DNA of 64,000 nucleotides from Synechococcus sp. (GTDB lineage Bacteria; Cyanobacteriota; Cyanobacteriia; PCC-6307; Cyanobiaceae): NCBI GenBank assembly GCA_047285535.1, contig JBJBDC010000001.1, positions 1,248,136 to 1,312,135 of the forward strand, read 5' to 3'. Shown piece by piece: positions 61,461 to 64,000 of this stretch (position 1 is its first letter; each line of letters starts with the position of its first letter). The notes under the pieces were generated by a model. It saw only the letters and a program-made list of their open reading frames with translations, ran no database searches and was not told where the DNA came from. The position numbers and the translations under genes were made by a program.

Positions 61461-61485
61461 GCATGGCCTCAAGTTGAGGCCATGC
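61461..61485. terminator. GC-rich hairpin downstream of ferritin
   Basis: gcatggcctcaa-g-ttgaggccatgc. Confidence 0.6.
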
Positions 61486-62263
61486 GGAAATAACCACCAT
61501 GCTCTTTTTTAGTGCAGATCTGCAAGCAATGCTGAAACGGACGAGTAGAAACCTTCTATGCCCCTAGAGCAGGATTTCACCCGAATACATGGTTTTCGAC
61601 TGAAGAGTGAATCTACAGCTAGCCAACCCGTAGGAAGCAAGAGCTTACGCAGGACTAAATTCTTGACCGTTGGAAGAATGGCCTCGCCCTCACCACTCAA
61701 CTTGTTGACACTCTCCAAGATCAACCACTCCTCAACCCCACCAAACCCAACGTCATCAGTGCCTGATGATTGAGACCCTGCTAACGGCTTCGCATTGCCT
61801 GTGAGAACTCCATTACACCAGAGAGGCCATCTGGTTGGCCTGCTTGCAATAACAGCTTCACGACCTTCGATCCACCGGGATGCAGCTCTCTAGATCCCTT
61901 GATGCAAAGAAGAGGGGTGTGCCCGACTGAGGATTTCAAGACTTGCAGATGCCCGTGATAGCAGCGGCAATCGAGTAGGTCCACCAAAGATTGAACCTCT
62001 TACTGACGGCTGACTTATCGCTTCATCCATCGATCGATGAACAGCTTTAAACTGCCATCACCGATGAACTCGATCAGCGCAGATACCTACAGCGTCTGCA
62101 ATATCCCACCCGAATCCGTTGTGTCAAACGATTCCCTAGATCTCCTCGACCTTTTTGATAAGTAACTCACTAGCTGATTAGGGACCATCGCATTGGCGGT
62201 GGACTTTGAAGGAGAAACGAGCGCAGCCTTCAGCAAGGCAACAAGCCTTAGCAGCTTGCTTGT

Positions 62264-62659
62264 TCACGAATCAAATTTTCTTTTGAAGTAGTTGATTGCG
62301 ATTTCTTCTGGCTTAAAACCTTCCAATACAAGCGCAGCAAGCTCTAACAGCCATGACCTCCTCATCCGTTTCTGATATTGATGTCCATCAATCGAGCAAG
62401 GAAACAGCACGTCATAGCCCCTATGTCCAAGGGGAGTCTTTTCTTCTCTTCTCTTGATCTGGTACCCCGCTTCCTGAAGAATGTTGCGGGACAGCTCGTA
62501 TGGGGTGACACACCGCTGAGCTGCCAACCGTTGAACCCTGCCAATGGCCAACCGTGTCTGATTGGAATCAACACTGCTCTGATCAGAACTGGCGACAAAG
62601 TTCATCAGCAGAAAACGATCTGTCTCACTAAGTCTGCATTGATCCAACCGACACTGCAT
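62264..62659 (-). CDS. Conserved hypothetical protein; start uncertain
   Basis: Protein-like C-terminal part (GHRGYDV.F...KRMRRSWL.ELA.LVLEGF..EEIA.NYF.R). Confidence 0.6.
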   Translation of the reverse strand: MQCRLDQCRLSETDRFLLMNFVASSDQSSVDSNQTRLAIGRVQRLAAQRCVTPYELSRNILQEAGYQIKRREEKTPLGHRGYDVLFPCSIDGHQYQKRMRRSWLLELAALVLEGFKPEEIAINYFKRKFDS

Positions 62660-63302
62660 TGCTGGATTGCTGCATTGATGATTTTTATTAGCAGCGATGC
62701 ATTTCTCAGGGCTGATGATGCGCTAAGAATCACTGCTGCTATTGACGGCGAACAATCCAGACCAATCACAACTGAGTCATACAAAGCTGTTAATTGGCAG
62801 CACTACTGGAGAGGCAGGCAGCACCTCCAGCACATCACCGAAGGGTTGAAGAAGTTGAACTACCGCCCATAACTACTACCAAACGGATCTGGGATGGATC
62901 CTGGAAGATGTTTCAACTGATCAGCGGGAGGGCCCCTAAGGCATCAAGTAGTGGACTGGACTTTGTAAGCGTTCCCATTCGGATGGGAAGCGATAACAAA
63001 CTGCGTCAAAGACAGAGCACATTCAGGACAGATCTTAGTGAGGATCAAGGCTTTCAGGATTGCACAGGGTCATTTGTGTGGCATGGTCTGCTCCTTTCCG
63101 ATCATCAGGTCCACCTCATGGGCTTGCTGGTCATGATCCGCACCATCTGCGCTTTCGCTGCTGGTTTCACTCTGGCGGCATGGATTGGCTTTGATGTCAG
63201 CCCTAGCTATGTCGATAAGGACCGCATCCTTCGTGAACCTTTCGCCTTAATCCCGCTGGGTGCTGCGAACGTTGTCATCACCCTTGGCACTGGCGCTTTT
63301 CT

Positions 63303-63716
63303 ATGAATCCAACGAGCACGTCAATGATCCGTACCACACTCATCACTGCAGCACTACTCACCACATCGACTCCAAATTCAGCATTGGCGTCAGAAAACCC
63401 TGAGCCTTGTCTTCAAAAGCCAGTTGTAATGGTGGTTGATGGAGTCACCAATGATCGTCAGCAGATGGCGATTTACGGGCAAGCACTAAAAGAATCGGGA
63501 CTCCACCAACACGCTGGCTCTTATTACATGAACGATCCACGACCGATACGCATTCTTGAAGGGAACCGAGACCAGAATCATGTGACATTGCTGATCAATT
63601 TCCCTTCAGAATGTGCAGCGCTTGACTTCTGGAATTCTCCGATTTACAAGCAAAAAATCCTGCCTCTTAGAAAAAATGCCGGCGATTACACGATTGAACT
63701 CTATCGACTCCTTTGA
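63303..63716 (+). CDS. DUF1330-family protein with a signal peptide
   Basis: Y......G, LEG, LINFPS..AA..FWNSP.Y...LPLR. Confidence 0.8.
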   Translation: MNPTSTSMIRTTLITAALLTTSTPNSALASENPEPCLQKPVVMVVDGVTNDRQQMAIYGQALKESGLHQHAGSYYMNDPRPIRILEGNRDQNHVTLLINFPSECAALDFWNSPIYKQKILPLRKNAGDYTIELYRLL

Positions 63717-63792
63717 CAGGATCCGCATCACACTGAGGACATCATCCTTCAAGAGAATATCAGCCCATTTGATTGCATGAATGAGCGAATCA

Positions 63793-63820
63793 AAGGGTCA
63801 TGGCACAAGGGTCATGGCAC
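63793..63820 (+). repeat. Exact 14-bp tandem duplication
   Basis: aagggtcatggcac x2. Confidence 0.85.
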
Positions 63821-64000
63821 ATTGGTGTCATGCGTCCTCGTCTATTCGAGCGCTTAACCACACCCTCCTGTTCGGTTTTAGGTATTCCCTCCGCGTGAAC
63901 AACCGATCTAAATCAGAGGTATTCCTGCAAAGTCCATCATGACTACTCGTCCGGAATTACGTGAAGACGCCCTAATGATGGCAGTTGGCATCCTGCAATC

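Noticed and set aside
1..64000. CRISPR arrays, tRNA, rRNA, riboswitches
   Set aside because: No regularly spaced repeat-spacer pattern, cloverleaf or recognisable riboswitch consensus seen by eye; a covariance-model search would be needed to exclude small RNAs

Overview
This window comes from a marine picocyanobacterial chromosome, Synechococcus-like by gene content. Core genes (rpoD/sigA, hemC, ppa, M32 carboxypeptidase, phhB, futB, larC, xth, glcD, hemL, yajQ) are interrupted by three accessory blocks. (1) A ~16.6-kb AT-rich island (1266-17852) is bounded by a 140-bp, 9-mismatch direct repeat of the rpoD 3' end. It carries a translationally coupled HlyD / C39-peptidase ABC / second ABC / TolC export operon of the NHLM-bacteriocin type. 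The operon is flanked by two very large proteins (574 and 1352 aa) that share a Nif11-like double-glycine leader. No RiPP-modifying enzyme is recognisable in the island, and it also holds a decayed IS481 element. This is the best candidate for an undescribed system: leader-cleaved export of giant unmodified proteins. (2) A ~2.7-kb decayed tyrosine-integrase element lies upstream of xth. (3) A mosaic accessory region from about 41 kb to the end contains an OprB-like porin, DUF481, a GPH/MFS transporter, a psbY copy, mscS, an SDR, an orphan parA, an nblA-like gene, ferritin and DUF1330. No rRNA, tRNA or CRISPR array was recognised. All family calls come from motif recognition by eye, not from database searches.
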